From Thermoanaerobaculia bacterium (GTDB taxonomy: Bacteria > Acidobacteriota > Thermoanaerobaculia > UBA5066): DNA of 64,000 bases. A program made the position numbers and the translations under genes. A model generated the notes under the pieces. That model made no database searches. It was given only the letters and a program-made list of their open reading frames with translations, and was not told where the DNA came from. Below are positions 1 to 9,736 of this stretch, in pieces. The first letter of the stretch is position 1. Every line of letters begins with the position of its first letter. Location of the stretch: contig CAWFJJ010000001.1 in assembly GCA_963816185.1 (NCBI GenBank), positions 256,001-320,000 on the forward strand, given 5' to 3'.

Positions 1-2
1 GA

Positions 3-1445
3 TTCCCCGACGAAGGGCAGACTGTTCAGCTTCGCCTCGATCTCCTCGGGGAAGATGTTCTGTCCCGACGGACCGAGGAACATCGTCTTCGAGCGCCCGC
101 GGATGAAGATCGACCCGTCCGCGTCCACGACGCCGAGGTCGCCCGTGTGAAGCCAGCCGTCCGCGTCGATCGCCGCCGCCGTGGCGTCGGGATTCTTGTA
201 ATAGCCGGCCATGACGTTGACTCCCCGGACGAGGATCTCGCCCGGCACGGCCCGTGGATCGACCGAAGCGACGCGCACTTCGAGCGTATCGACCTTCCGT
301 CCGACGTCGCCGAGCTTGTGGTCGCGCCATCCGGAGTAGCTGATGAGCGGCCCGCACTCGGTCATCCCGTAGCCGCACGTGAAGGGAAAACCGATGGTCG
401 AGAAGAACCGCTCCACGTCGCCGTTCAGCGCGGCCCCGCCGATGACGATCTCCCGGAACCGTCCTCCGAAAACCGCGACGAGCTTTTCGCGGATCTTCCG
501 GTAGAGGATCCGCCTGACCGGCGGGATCTTCATCAGGAGCTTCGTCGTCTCCTTCTCGAGGGCCGGTCGCAGCCTCTTCGCGTAGATCTTCTCGATCACG
601 AGAGGCACCGACAGGATGAGCCGCGGGCGGACCTTGCCGAACGCTTCGAGAATGACCTGGGGAGAGGGTGTCTGCGCGAGAAACGTGATCGCGCAGCCGG
701 CCGTGAAGGGGAACAGGAACTCGAAGGCGCACCCGAACGCGTGGGCGAGCGGGAGGAAGGAGACGATCGTGTCCCCCGGCTCGAGCGGCATGTTCTTCTT
801 CGCGAAGACCACGTTCGCGAGAAGGCTCCGATGCGGGAGCATGACTCCCTTGGAGAACCCGGTCGTCCCCGACGTGTAGACGATCGCCGCGAGCTTCTCG
901 TCCTCGACGGCGGCGATCTGGAAGCGCTCGGGGGGCTCCTGCTTGCGGCGGGTGTCCCGGGCCGGCACGAGGACGTCGGCGAGGCTTCGGGCAAGGCTCT
1001 CTTTCCGGCAATGGAGCACCCGGAAGTCCGTCAGCGAGAAGACGGCCTCGACGTCGTGCAGCTTTTCCGCGTCGAGAGGGGCGAAGAGGGCGTCCGCCGC
1101 GAACAAGAGGACGGCATCGGAGTGGTTCACGATGTGATGCACGTCGTCGGGACGGAAGTCGGGAAGGATCGGGACGACGACGGCGCCGTACGTGACGCCG
1201 GCGAGCCAGACGACCGCCCAGCTCGCGGAGTTCCGCCCGAGAAGCGCGATCTTGTCGCCGCGTCCGACGCGGCAGATCCGGAAGACCTCGTGGAGCAGCA
1301 TGATCTCGCCCGCGACCTGCCCGTAGGTGAGCTCCCGGCCTCCCCAGTCCGCGAGCGCGGGCCGCGTCCAGTTCTGTCGCACGCTCTCTCCGATGAGATC
1401 AACGAGGTTCTCCTGCGTCCGGGGCGCATCGGCTTTGGCGTTCAT
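3..1445 (-). CDS. Long-chain fatty acid--CoA ligase (AMP-binding enzyme), 3' end runs off the window
   Basis: Manual minus-strand translation from ATG 1445 gives MNAKADAPRTQENLVDLIGESVRQNW..., the AMP-binding motif IVYTSGTTGFSKGVML, GYGMTECGP and GWLHTGDLG; not in the ORF track because it has no stop in the window. Confidence 0.9.
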   Translation of the reverse strand, partial: MNAKADAPRTQENLVDLIGESVRQNWTRPALADWGGRELTYGQVAGEIMLLHEVFRICRVGRGDKIALLGRNSASWAVVWLAGVTYGAVVVPILPDFRPDDVHHIVNHSDAVLLFAADALFAPLDAEKLHDVEAVFSLTDFRVLHCRKESLARSLADVLVPARDTRRKQEPPERFQIAAVEDEKLAAIVYTSGTTGFSKGVMLPHRSLLANVVFAKKNMPLEPGDTIVSFLPLAHAFGCAFEFLFPFTAGCAITFLAQTPSPQVILEAFGKVRPRLILSVPLVIEKIYAKRLRPALEKETTKLLMKIPPVRRILYRKIREKLVAVFGGRFREIVIGGAALNGDVERFFSTIGFPFTCGYGMTECGPLISYSGWRDHKLGDVGRKVDTLEVRVASVDPRAVPGEILVRGVNVMAGYYKNPDATAAAIDADGWLHTGDLGVVDADGSIFIRGRSKTMFLGPSGQNIFPEEIEAKLNSLPFVGE

Positions 1446-1580
1446 GGAAGTCTCCTGGCGATTATTGGGTCACGGCGTGCGGAGCGCGCACTGAAGCACC
1501 TGCATGGCGCTTCCGGTGCAGCGCGAAGCAGAAAGAACGGCTTCGACCCTGCGGATCGAATCAAGATATCGTCGAAGGAC

Positions 1581-2185
1581 GTGAGCGAGGCCGGCCCTCT
1601 CGTCCGAAATGTCTCGGACACCGCACTCTGGGTCGCGGTATACCGGGCCCGTGAGACGGAGCGGCCCGATGCGCTCTTCCGGGATCCTTACGCGCGCCGG
1701 CTGGCCGGCGCGCGCGGCGAAAAGATCGCCGCCTCGATGCCGTTCTCGGACAAGGCGACTTGGGCCTGGGTGGCGCGCACGGTGCTTTTCGACCAGCTCA
1801 TCGAGGAGCAGGTCCGGGGCGGCGCGGATCTCGTCGTCAACCTCGCGGCGGGGATCGACGCGAGGCCGGGGATCTCGCGGCGCCTCCGAGCTTCCGGAGC
1901 TGGGCCCTCGACATTGCGTCGCCGGGCCTCCTCAAGATGATCCAGAAAGACTCGGGAACCAAGCTCAGCGCTGCAGGCGCCGCCCTGAAGTTCGGGCCCC
2001 CAGAAGGGCCGGGATTCTTCGCGCCCCACGGCTGGAAGAGTGTCGACGTCCGCTCGCCGCTCAAGACGGCAGCGCGCCTGAAGCGGCTCGGGCTCGGGAT
2101 GCGGATCCTCGCGAAGCTGCCGGAGTCGTCGGGCCCGCAGGGCTCGCGGCCCTGGTCGGGCGTGTGCCTTCTCGAGAGGGCTTGA
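1581..2185 (+). pseudogene. Class I SAM-dependent methyltransferase (LCM/TIGR00027-like) with apparent internal deletion and frameshift
   Basis: N-terminus NVSDTALWVAVYRARETERPDALFRDPYARRLAG...VVNLAAGIDARP in one frame joins directly to C-terminal DLAAPPSFRSWALDIASPGLL in another frame near 1868; the usual central EVD/DL/EG segment is absent. Confidence 0.7.
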
Positions 2186-2232
2186 ACCGACCGACGAAAC
2201 CTCCTCCCGTTCCAACCGTACAAGCACCTGGG

Positions 2233-3135
2233 ATGATCCTCGCTAGGTTCGTGCACGCGATCGGGGTCGCCTTGGCGCTCGCTGCGTTTTCGCGCCGGGC
2301 CGCCGCGGGTGAAGCACTGAAGGTCAAGAAGATCCTCTGGGTCGATGGCGTCAAGAACGCCTACCCGCGCTGGTCGAAGCACGGCACCCGGATCCTCTAC
2401 GAGTCGAACCGCACCGGGAAATGGCAGCTCTACGTGATGGACGCGGACGGATCGCACGACCGCGCGCTCACGAGCGGGGGCGCTGACAACCAGCTTCCCG
2501 ACTGGTCGCCGGACAACGCGCGGATCGCGTTCGTATCGAACCGCGACGGCAACGACGAGATCTACGTCATGCGCGAGGACGGCACCGGCGTTCGCAACCT
2601 CTCGAGCAGCCCGGCACGCGACATCCATCCCTACTGGTCACCGGACGGCGCGTGGATCCTGTTCAACTCCGACCGCGACGGCAAGACGCTTCAGCTCTAC
2701 GAGGTGCGTCCGGACGGCACGGACCTTCGACGCCTCGCCGTCAGCGAAGACGAGGAGACGTGCGCGCGCGTCTCGCCGCAGGGCGACCGCATCGTCCTCC
2801 TTGCGAACCTCAAGGCGGGACGCGACGACGTGATCCTGCGCCGACGCGACGGCTCGAACCCTTTGAACCTGACCCGCGACGCCGCGGCCGATGGCTGGCC
2901 GACCTGGACGCCCGACGGCCGGCGCATCGTGTACGCGTCGCAGCGCGGCGGCCCCTTCGCCCTGTATTCCATGAAACCGGACGGCTCCGACATCCGCCAG
3001 CTCACGTTCCCGGAGAAGCCGTCCTCCGACGCCCGACCGAGCGTCTCGCCCGACGGCCGCCATATCGTCTTCAACCGCGAGAAGGGCGAGACGATCGGCA
3101 TCTTCGTAACGGACCTGGCATTGGCGCCTCGCTAG
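2233..3135 (+). CDS. TolB-like PD40/beta-propeller repeat secreted protein
   Basis: Signal peptide followed by repeated P-x-WSPDG-x-x-I-x-F-x-S-x-R-x-G units. Confidence 0.85.
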   Translation: MILARFVHAIGVALALAAFSRRAAAGEALKVKKILWVDGVKNAYPRWSKHGTRILYESNRTGKWQLYVMDADGSHDRALTSGGADNQLPDWSPDNARIAFVSNRDGNDEIYVMREDGTGVRNLSSSPARDIHPYWSPDGAWILFNSDRDGKTLQLYEVRPDGTDLRRLAVSEDEETCARVSPQGDRIVLLANLKAGRDDVILRRRDGSNPLNLTRDAAADGWPTWTPDGRRIVYASQRGGPFALYSMKPDGSDIRQLTFPEKPSSDARPSVSPDGRHIVFNREKGETIGIFVTDLALAPR

Positions 3136-5274
3136 CGCTTCGCCGCCAGCGGCACTCCGAGCTGCGAAAGCAGGAACGCGTCGACGTCGGTGGTGAGCGA
3201 GACGACGTCCTTCACGCCCGCGCCGATTCCGCCGTGGCCGGTGCTGCCGCTCGTGCGTAAGAGCACGGTCCCCTTCGGATCCGCCGCCTGCAGGCGCGCG
3301 ACCATTTTCCGCGACTGCATGGGGTCCACCCGGGGGTCATTCGCTCCCGTGGGCATGAGGATCGCGGGATAGCGCGTCCCGTCCTTGACGTGGTGGTAGG
3401 GCGAGTACGCGTAAAGCGCACGGAACTGTTCGGGGACTTTCACGGTGCCGAACTCCACGGTGTTGAATTGTCCGTTCGCCGACGTTTCGACGCGGAGCAT
3501 GTCGTAGATGCCGACGTGCGAAACGACGGCCCGGAACAGCTTCGGCGCCTGCGTGAGTGCCGCGCCCATCAGGAGGCCCCCATTCGAGCCGCCCTCGATC
3601 GCGAGCTTGCCGGGGTTCGTGATCTTCAGCTCGATGAGCCGGCGCGCGCAGGCGAGGAAGTCGTCGAAGACGTTCTGCTTCTTCGTGAGGCGGCCCGCGT
3701 CGTGCCATTCCTGGCCGAACTCGCCGCCTCCGCGCAGGATCGCGAAGACCTGAACGACGCCCCGTTCCGTGTAGACGTGCGCGAGGTCGCTGTAACGGGG
3801 CGTCTGCGAGATCCCGAAGCCGCCGTACCCGGTCAGGACGACCGGGTTCCGGCCGTCCCGCTTCGTGCCTTTCGGCTGAAGGATGAACATGGGGACGCGC
3901 GTGCCGTCCTTCGAGAGCGCGCTCTCCTCGAGGACCTCGGCGTCCGAGAAGTCCACGACGGGCGGCCGGCCCACGACCGTCCGCGTCGAGACCTTCTTCG
4001 CCGGGTCGAAGACGTAACCCCGGGACGGCTCGAGGAAGCTCGAGACGCCGTAGAACACCCGATTGCCGTCCAGCGGTTGCAGAGAGAACGCGGCGGAAAC
4101 CGCCGGGGTCGGCAGCTCCTCGACGAGGTTGCCGGCGAGGTCGTACGCGCGGACGCGGCTCTTCCCGCCGAGCGCCTCGATCGCGTAAAGGCGCGACCGA
4201 CCGGGCGCGATCGCCTCGATCACCGCCGGCGCGCTGGTCCAGCACGACGTGCGCCGCGGCCAGCGTCGGGTTGCCGGCGGGGATCCTCAGGACGCGCCGG
4301 CGCGGGGCGCCTTTCTTCGAGATCGCCCAGATCGAGCCGTCCGGGCCGAAGCGCGCGTCGATGAGGCCGTCGGCGAACGTGCTCACGCTTTGCCAGCTCG
4401 CGGCGCCTTCCGGGAGGACGTAGAGCGCGTAGTCGCCGCTGTCGCCGTTCTGGACCAGGGCGAGGTGGAGGCGTCCGTCCCTGCTCGCGCGCAGGAAGAT
4501 CTCGGCGATGCGCGGCAGGTCCTTGCCGAAGGCGTACCGGTCCTCTCCGACCGGCCGGCCGAGCTCGTGGAAATAGACTTGCTGGTGGAAGTCGAGGTCC
4601 TCCTTCGGCCGCTCGCCCTCGTGGGGATAGCGCGTGTACCAGAGGCCTTTGGAATCCGCGGTCCAGGCGACGCTTCCTCCGGCCGTGCCCACCTGTACCC
4701 GCGGGATCTCGTCGCCGGTCTCCCTGCCCGTCGCGACGTCGTAGACGTGAAGCGTGCCCGACTCGCTTCCGCCCTCCGAGAGGGAGACGGCGAGCTTGCT
4801 GCCGTCGGGCGAGGGGACGAACCAGTCGAATGCCGTGTGGCCGGTCGGATCGATGACGTTCGGGTCGACGATCGCTTGCATCCCGTCGGTGCTCGTGAGC
4901 GACGGCAGGAGGACGATCCACGCCTGCTGTTTCCTGGCGGGATCGAAGCACACGGCGAAGGTCTTGCCGCCCCGCACGACGGGACCGCCGATGGAGGGCG
5001 GGCGCGTCGTGACGAGATGCTCGATCCGCGCACTCAGCGCCGCCCGGCCGGGCAGGCGGTCCAGGAACGCACGCGTGCGAGCGTTCTGAGCCTCGCTCCA
5101 CGCCTTGACCTTCGGATCGGTTCCGGTCTCGAGCCAGCGGTAGTCGTCCACGACGCGGACGCCGTAGTACGTGTCCGTCACGGGGATCTTCGGCGTGCCG
5201 GAAGGCGTCGCGGCGACGAGCGGGGCCGCGCAAAGGAGCGAAGCCGCGAGGACGGCATGGGCTGCGTATTTCAT
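3132..5274 (-). CDS. Prolyl oligopeptidase (S9A), frameshifted near 4230
   Basis: N-terminal DTYYGVRVVDDYRWLE and propeller in one frame; catalytic domain GYGGF, GGSNGGLL, DPRV, GHG in ORF 3132..4223. Confidence 0.9.
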
Positions 5275-5380
5275 TGCCGAGCATCGTATCGGAGTCATGG
5301 CCGGGAATAACTCGTGGCCTCGCGAGGTCTTTTCTTCAAAGCCGGCGGATCCTCCGGCCGGCGGAAAGGATACAAAGATC

Positions 5381-5867
5381 ATGAGCAAAAACGGTTCGTC
5401 GGGGAGAGCTCTCATCGCCTTCGCGCTCGCGGCGGCGTGCGCATCCGCGGTTCCGGCCGCAGCCGCGAAGATCATCGTTTTGGACCGGAGCCTTCCGCCC
5501 GAAGTGAAGGTCACCGGCACGAGCTTCGACGTCGACGAAAAGCTCGGGCGGGCGCGTCTTGCGGTCGACCTTTACGACCAGTCGTTCGAGGGAAGTTTCT
5601 CTCTCCGAGTCGGTCGCCGTTCCCGGGCTCACGTTCGACCGCCAGCGCCGGGAGGTGCGGTACGAGAGCGGTGGCTCGGTCGTGACGTGCGCCCGGAGCA
5701 AGAATTTCCTGTGGGGGAAGACCTATCCGGACACAGGCGCCTGCCGGATCACCGTGCGGAGCGAGCCACGGGTCGCGGACACCGGCGCCGGAGCGCGCCC
5801 GATGACGGGGTGGGTCGTCGAGCTCGCGACGAACGAACCGACGAGATCAGCCGGGCTGAAGCGCTGA
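5381..5867 (+). CDS. Secreted hypothetical protein, frameshifted near 5600
   Basis: Signal peptide MSKNGSSGRALIAFALAAACASAVPAAA continues plausibly into ORF 5559..5867 across a TCTCTC run. Confidence 0.55.
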
Positions 5868-5874
5868 GAAGGAC

Positions 5875-6288
5875 CTACTTGGCCGGCGTCGTGAGCGGCT
5901 TGCCTTTCTCGGCGACGAACACGGCGGCCAATTTCGCCGTGACGCTGCCCTTGTTGATTGCCTGGTGAATCTGGCCCGGCTTGATATGGAAGACGTCGCC
6001 GGCTTTCAGCGTCACCGTGGGATTGCCTTCCGTCTCGAGCGAGATCGTGCCTTCCTGCACGAACGCGTAGACCTCGGCGGGGTGACTGTGTCGCCCTTCT
6101 GCCGAACCGGGAGGCAATTCCACGAGGGCCATGACGGCCTCGTGGCCCGGAATGGTCATGTCCTGCTTCATGACGATGTTTCGTTTGACCTGGGGAGGTT
6201 GCTGGGCGTTGAGCGCCTGGCCGCCGGCCAATCCAATGAGGGCGACGACCAATGAGATTCCGACGATCTTCGAGCTCCGGGTGTTCAT
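5875..6288 (-). CDS. Secreted cupin-domain protein
   Basis: Signal peptide, RHSHPAEVYAFVQEG and GDVFHIKPGQIHQA cupin motifs; GAAGGAG RBS upstream. Confidence 0.85.
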   Translation of the reverse strand: MNTRSSKIVGISLVVALIGLAGGQALNAQQPPQVKRNIVMKQDMTIPGHEAVMALVELPPGSAEGRHSHPAEVYAFVQEGTISLETEGNPTVTLKAGDVFHIKPGQIHQAINKGSVTAKLAAVFVAEKGKPLTTPAK

Positions 6289-6378
6289 GACGTCTCCTTC
6301 TTGTCCTGAAAACGGCTTCGACTCACGGTTGCGTCTCGGGAGGGGGCGAATGCTACGGGATGGCATGCCAAGAGTAAA

Positions 6379-7290
6379 TCAAGGCGGCAAGGTGCGGTCG
6401 AGGAATTCGGCGGCGACGTCGGCTGGCCGCCGGTGCTGCCCGACGACGAGGTTGTTGAGCTTTTGCATCACCTCCGTCGCAATCTTGCCGCACAGCTCCT
6501 CGAGCGCCGCGCGAGCCTTCGGCTCCTTCGTAAAGAGGCTTTCGTTGACGACGAAGGCCGCCTCGTAAGGTGGAAAGTACTTTCGGTCGTCTTCGAGCAC
6601 CTTGAAATCGCGCTCCGCGAGAATGCCGTCCGTGGAATTCCCGGCCACGAGGTCGACCTGACCTCCTTGGAGCGCGGTATAGAGGAGGCCGAGGTCCATG
6701 GTCTTCGGCGCCCCTTCGAGGGGCAGAGCGTAGGTCTTCTGGAGGCCGGCGAGGCCGTCCGGGCGGTTCAGGAACTCGTATCCCACGCCGAGCACCCAGG
6801 GTTTCTTCCGTTGCGCGGCCTGACTCAGCGTCGCGATTCCCAGAGAACGCGCGTCGGCGCCGCGGATGACCATCGCGAACGTGTCGTCGAAGCCGAGCGG
6901 GGGAAGCCAGACGAGCTTCCAGCGCGAGCGATATTCCTTCGCGACGGTGTCGTAGACGGCCTTCGGGTCGGTCGCGGCGGGGAGCTTCAGGATCGCCGTG
7001 AGGGCGGTGCCCGTGTACTCCGGATAGAGATCGATCTCTCCCGCGACGAGCGCCTCGTGCGCGAGCAGCGTCCCGCCGATGTCGAGCTTGCGCGCCACGC
7101 GGATCCCAAGCCGCCTCTCGAGCTGCTGCGCGGCGATCTCGCCGAGGATCTCCTGCTCGGTGAAGTTCTTCGATCCGACGACGAGCGTGCGAGAGCGCGC
7201 GCAACCCGTCAGGCTCGCGCTCGCGAACGTCGCGGCGAGCGCGACCGAGAGTCCGGCCGTTAGGGTCGCGCGAAAAGCCGCTCGATCCAT
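6379..7290 (-). CDS. Glycine betaine/osmoprotectant ABC transporter substrate-binding lipoprotein (OpuCC/OsmF-like)
   Basis: VGSKNFTEQEILGE, DLYPEYTGT and LEDDRKYFPPY motifs; lipobox LTGC. Confidence 0.9.
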   Translation of the reverse strand: MDRAAFRATLTAGLSVALAATFASASLTGCARSRTLVVGSKNFTEQEILGEIAAQQLERRLGIRVARKLDIGGTLLAHEALVAGEIDLYPEYTGTALTAILKLPAATDPKAVYDTVAKEYRSRWKLVWLPPLGFDDTFAMVIRGADARSLGIATLSQAAQRKKPWVLGVGYEFLNRPDGLAGLQKTYALPLEGAPKTMDLGLLYTALQGGQVDLVAGNSTDGILAERDFKVLEDDRKYFPPYEAAFVVNESLFTKEPKARAALEELCGKIATEVMQKLNNLVVGQHRRPADVAAEFLDRTLPP

Positions 7291-7877
7291 CCGAGACCTC
7301 CGTCGGCAAGAAGTGCCAGTAGCGCCGCGGGCACCGCTCCCGCGAGTATCTGCGAAGAGTCGACCGAGGCGAGACCGCGGAAGATGAAGACGCCGAGGCC
7401 GCCGCCGCCGATGGCCGCCGCGATCGTGGCCGTGCCGATCGTCGTGACGGTGGCGACGCGCACCCCGGCGAGGATCGTCGGGGCGGCGAGCGGCAGCTCG
7501 ACTTGAAAGAGCCGCTGCCGGTCGGTCATCCCCATCGCGACGGCGGACTCCACGACGGCGGGGTCGACGCCGAGGATTCCCGTCAGCGTGTTGCGCAGGA
7601 TGGGGAGGAGCGCGTAGAGGACGAGCGCGACGATCGCCGTCCTCTTGCCGATGCCTCCGATGAAGGGAAGGGGAATGAGAAAGCCGAAGAGGGCGAGGCT
7701 CGGGATCGTCTGGACGACGTTCGTGAATCCGAGGACCGCGGAGCGAAAGGCCGCTCTCCGGGTGAGGAAGATACCCGCCGGAATGCCGATGAAAGACGCG
7801 CTCGAAAGCGCGACGGCGACGAGGACGATGTGCTCGAGAGTCAGAGACGCGATCTCGTGGAGGAGCGAAGCCGGCAT
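7260..7877 (-). CDS. Osmoprotectant ABC transporter permease
   Basis: QTIPSLALFG, EAA-like loop ESAVAMGMT...VELPLA, IGGGGLG. Confidence 0.9.
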   Translation of the reverse strand: MPASLLHEIASLTLEHIVLVAVALSSASFIGIPAGIFLTRRAAFRSAVLGFTNVVQTIPSLALFGFLIPLPFIGGIGKRTAIVALVLYALLPILRNTLTGILGVDPAVVESAVAMGMTDRQRLFQVELPLAAPTILAGVRVATVTTIGTATIAAAIGGGGLGVFIFRGLASVDSSQILAGAVPAALLALLADGGLGWIERLFARP

Positions 7878-8620
7878 CAGGCCTCCGGAAGGTCCTCGAG
7901 CGCCGCGAGAAAGAATCGCGCCTCGCCGCTCTTGGCGGCGAGGAACTCGCGAGGCGTCGCCACGACCTCGAGCCGCCCTTCGTGCAAGAGCGCGATCCGC
8001 GTTGCGAGCGCGAGCGCTTCGCGGACGTCGTGGGTGACGAAAAGCGAGGTCTTCGTCCAGGTGCTCCGAAGCGTCCGGAACTCGCGCTGGAGGTCGCGGC
8101 GCGTCACGGGATCGAGCGCGCCGAACGGCTCGTCCATGAGAAGGACCGACGGCTCCGCGGCGAGCGCACGCGCCACACCGACACGCTGCCTCTGCCCTCC
8201 CGACAGCTCTCGCGGATATCGCGACCGGAACTCGGCGGGCGGAAGGCCGACGCGGGAGAGGAGCTCGTCGACGCGCGCGTCGATCCGGCCGCGCTCCCAC
8301 CCCAGGAGCTCCGGCACGACGGCGACGTTCCGGGACACCGTGTAATGCGGAAAGAGCCCCGCCTCCTGGATCACGTAGCCGATCCGGCGCCTGAGGAGAA
8401 TCGGGTCCCACTTTCGCGTGGGCTTCCCCTCGACGAAAACGTCGCCGAAATCCGGCGCGAGAAGCGCGTTCACCATTTTCAGAGCGGTGGTCTTTCCCGA
8501 GCCGCTCCGGCCGAGGAGAACAAGAGTCTCTCCCGCCGCGACCTCGAGATCGAAATGACGAAGGACCCCTTTCCCGCGAATGCCGTACGAGACATCCCGG
8601 AAGGCGATCACCGGCTCCAT
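7877..8620 (-). CDS. Osmoprotectant ABC transporter ATP-binding protein
   Basis: Walker A GRSGSGKT, signature LSGGQRQR, Walker B LLMDEPFGALD. Confidence 0.92.
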   Translation of the reverse strand: MEPVIAFRDVSYGIRGKGVLRHFDLEVAAGETLVLLGRSGSGKTTALKMVNALLAPDFGDVFVEGKPTRKWDPILLRRRIGYVIQEAGLFPHYTVSRNVAVVPELLGWERGRIDARVDELLSRVGLPPAEFRSRYPRELSGGQRQRVGVARALAAEPSVLLMDEPFGALDPVTRRDLQREFRTLRSTWTKTSLFVTHDVREALALATRIALLHEGRLEVVATPREFLAAKSGEARFFLAALEDLPEA

Positions 8621-8708
8621 TCGAAGTCAGTATATCGGCGGCGCGTGGCTCGCTCCTTGCTCGGAGGACGCCGGGGGAGGCTCACCCGAGCCTTTTTGGA
8701 GGACTTAC

Positions 8709-9161
8709 ATGAAAGTGAAGGACATCATGACGGGCAGCCCTACGTTCTGCACGACCCGGACGGGGCTCGAAGAGGTCGCAAGGCTCCTTACCGAGCACGA
8801 CTGCGGCGCGATGCCGGTCGTCGATGACGACGCGTTTCCGAGGCCCATCGGAATCGTGACGGACCGCGACATCGTCTGTCGCGTCGTCGCCGCCGGAGAA
8901 GACCCGAGCCTTCTGACGGCGGGCGACTGCATGTCGAGTCCGGTGGTCACCGTCAACCCCGTGACCCGCCTCGACGTCTGCTGCGAGCTCATGGAGAGGA
9001 ACAAGATCCGGCGCCTCGTCGTCGTGGACGAGGACGGCTTCTGCTGCGGCATCGTTTCGCAGGCCGACATTGCGCGGCGTGCGACCGAAAAGACGGCCGA
9101 GGTGCTCAAGGAGCTTTCGCAGCCGACGCACGGCGCGTCGTCGGTCGCCGCGAGCATGTGA
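8709..9161 (+). CDS. CBS-domain protein
   Basis: MKVKDIMT, GAMPVVD, GIVTDRDI, GIVSQADI; GGAGG RBS. Confidence 0.88.
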   Translation: MKVKDIMTGSPTFCTTRTGLEEVARLLTEHDCGAMPVVDDDAFPRPIGIVTDRDIVCRVVAAGEDPSLLTAGDCMSSPVVTVNPVTRLDVCCELMERNKIRRLVVVDEDGFCCGIVSQADIARRATEKTAEVLKELSQPTHGASSVAASM

Positions 9162-9176
9162 GGCGGCGAGCGAGCG

Positions 9177-9668
9177 TCAGCCGATGCGCGGGCTGCGCCG
9201 CTCCATGAGGACGACGTCGCACCACGCGTCGCCGAGCTTTCCGAGGCGCTCGCGCGTGCCCACGACGCGGAAGCCGCACGCGACGTGGAGGCGGATGCTG
9301 GGTGTGTTGGCCGTTAGGATCCCGGCCTGAAGCGTCCAGAGGCCGCACGCCTCCGAGGCGCGGACGAGCTCCGTGAGGAGGCGCGCGCCGACGCCTCGCC
9401 CACGAAAGGCTTCGGCGACGAAGATGCTCTCTTCCGCGACGCCCGCGTACACGCGCCGGCTCGAGACGGGGCTCAGCGCGGTCCATCCCGCCATCGTGCC
9501 CCCCGAGACCGCCTTCAGCCGTGGCTTCGCGAGGTGCCCCGCGTCCCACTTCTCCCAGGACGGCGCCTCCGTCTCGAACGTCGCGACTCCGGTCGCGATG
9601 CCCTCGAGGTAGATCGACCGGACCTCGGGCCAGTCGGCTTCAACGAACGACTCGACGGACGTATCCAT
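9177..9668 (-). CDS. GNAT N-acetyltransferase (phosphinothricin/MnaT-like)
   Basis: IYLEGIATGVATFET, RGRGVG, N-x-x-SIRLH, GFRVVG motifs. Confidence 0.85.
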   Translation of the reverse strand: MDTSVESFVEADWPEVRSIYLEGIATGVATFETEAPSWEKWDAGHLAKPRLKAVSGGTMAGWTALSPVSSRRVYAGVAEESIFVAEAFRGRGVGARLLTELVRASEACGLWTLQAGILTANTPSIRLHVACGFRVVGTRERLGKLGDAWCDVVLMERRSPRIG

Positions 9669-9736
9669 CTCGCGCCGAGTATCTCGCACGTGGGGGACGC
9701 TAAGATCCCGGCGGCTTCGCGCTTCGAGGTGTCGCC

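Noticed and set aside
147-1580. Long + strand ORF 147..1940 and similar long ORFs (e.g. 18217..19494, 27602..29215, 38421..40157, 61933..63867)
   Set aside because: Antisense or off-frame shadows of real genes, typical of high-GC DNA; no recognisable motifs
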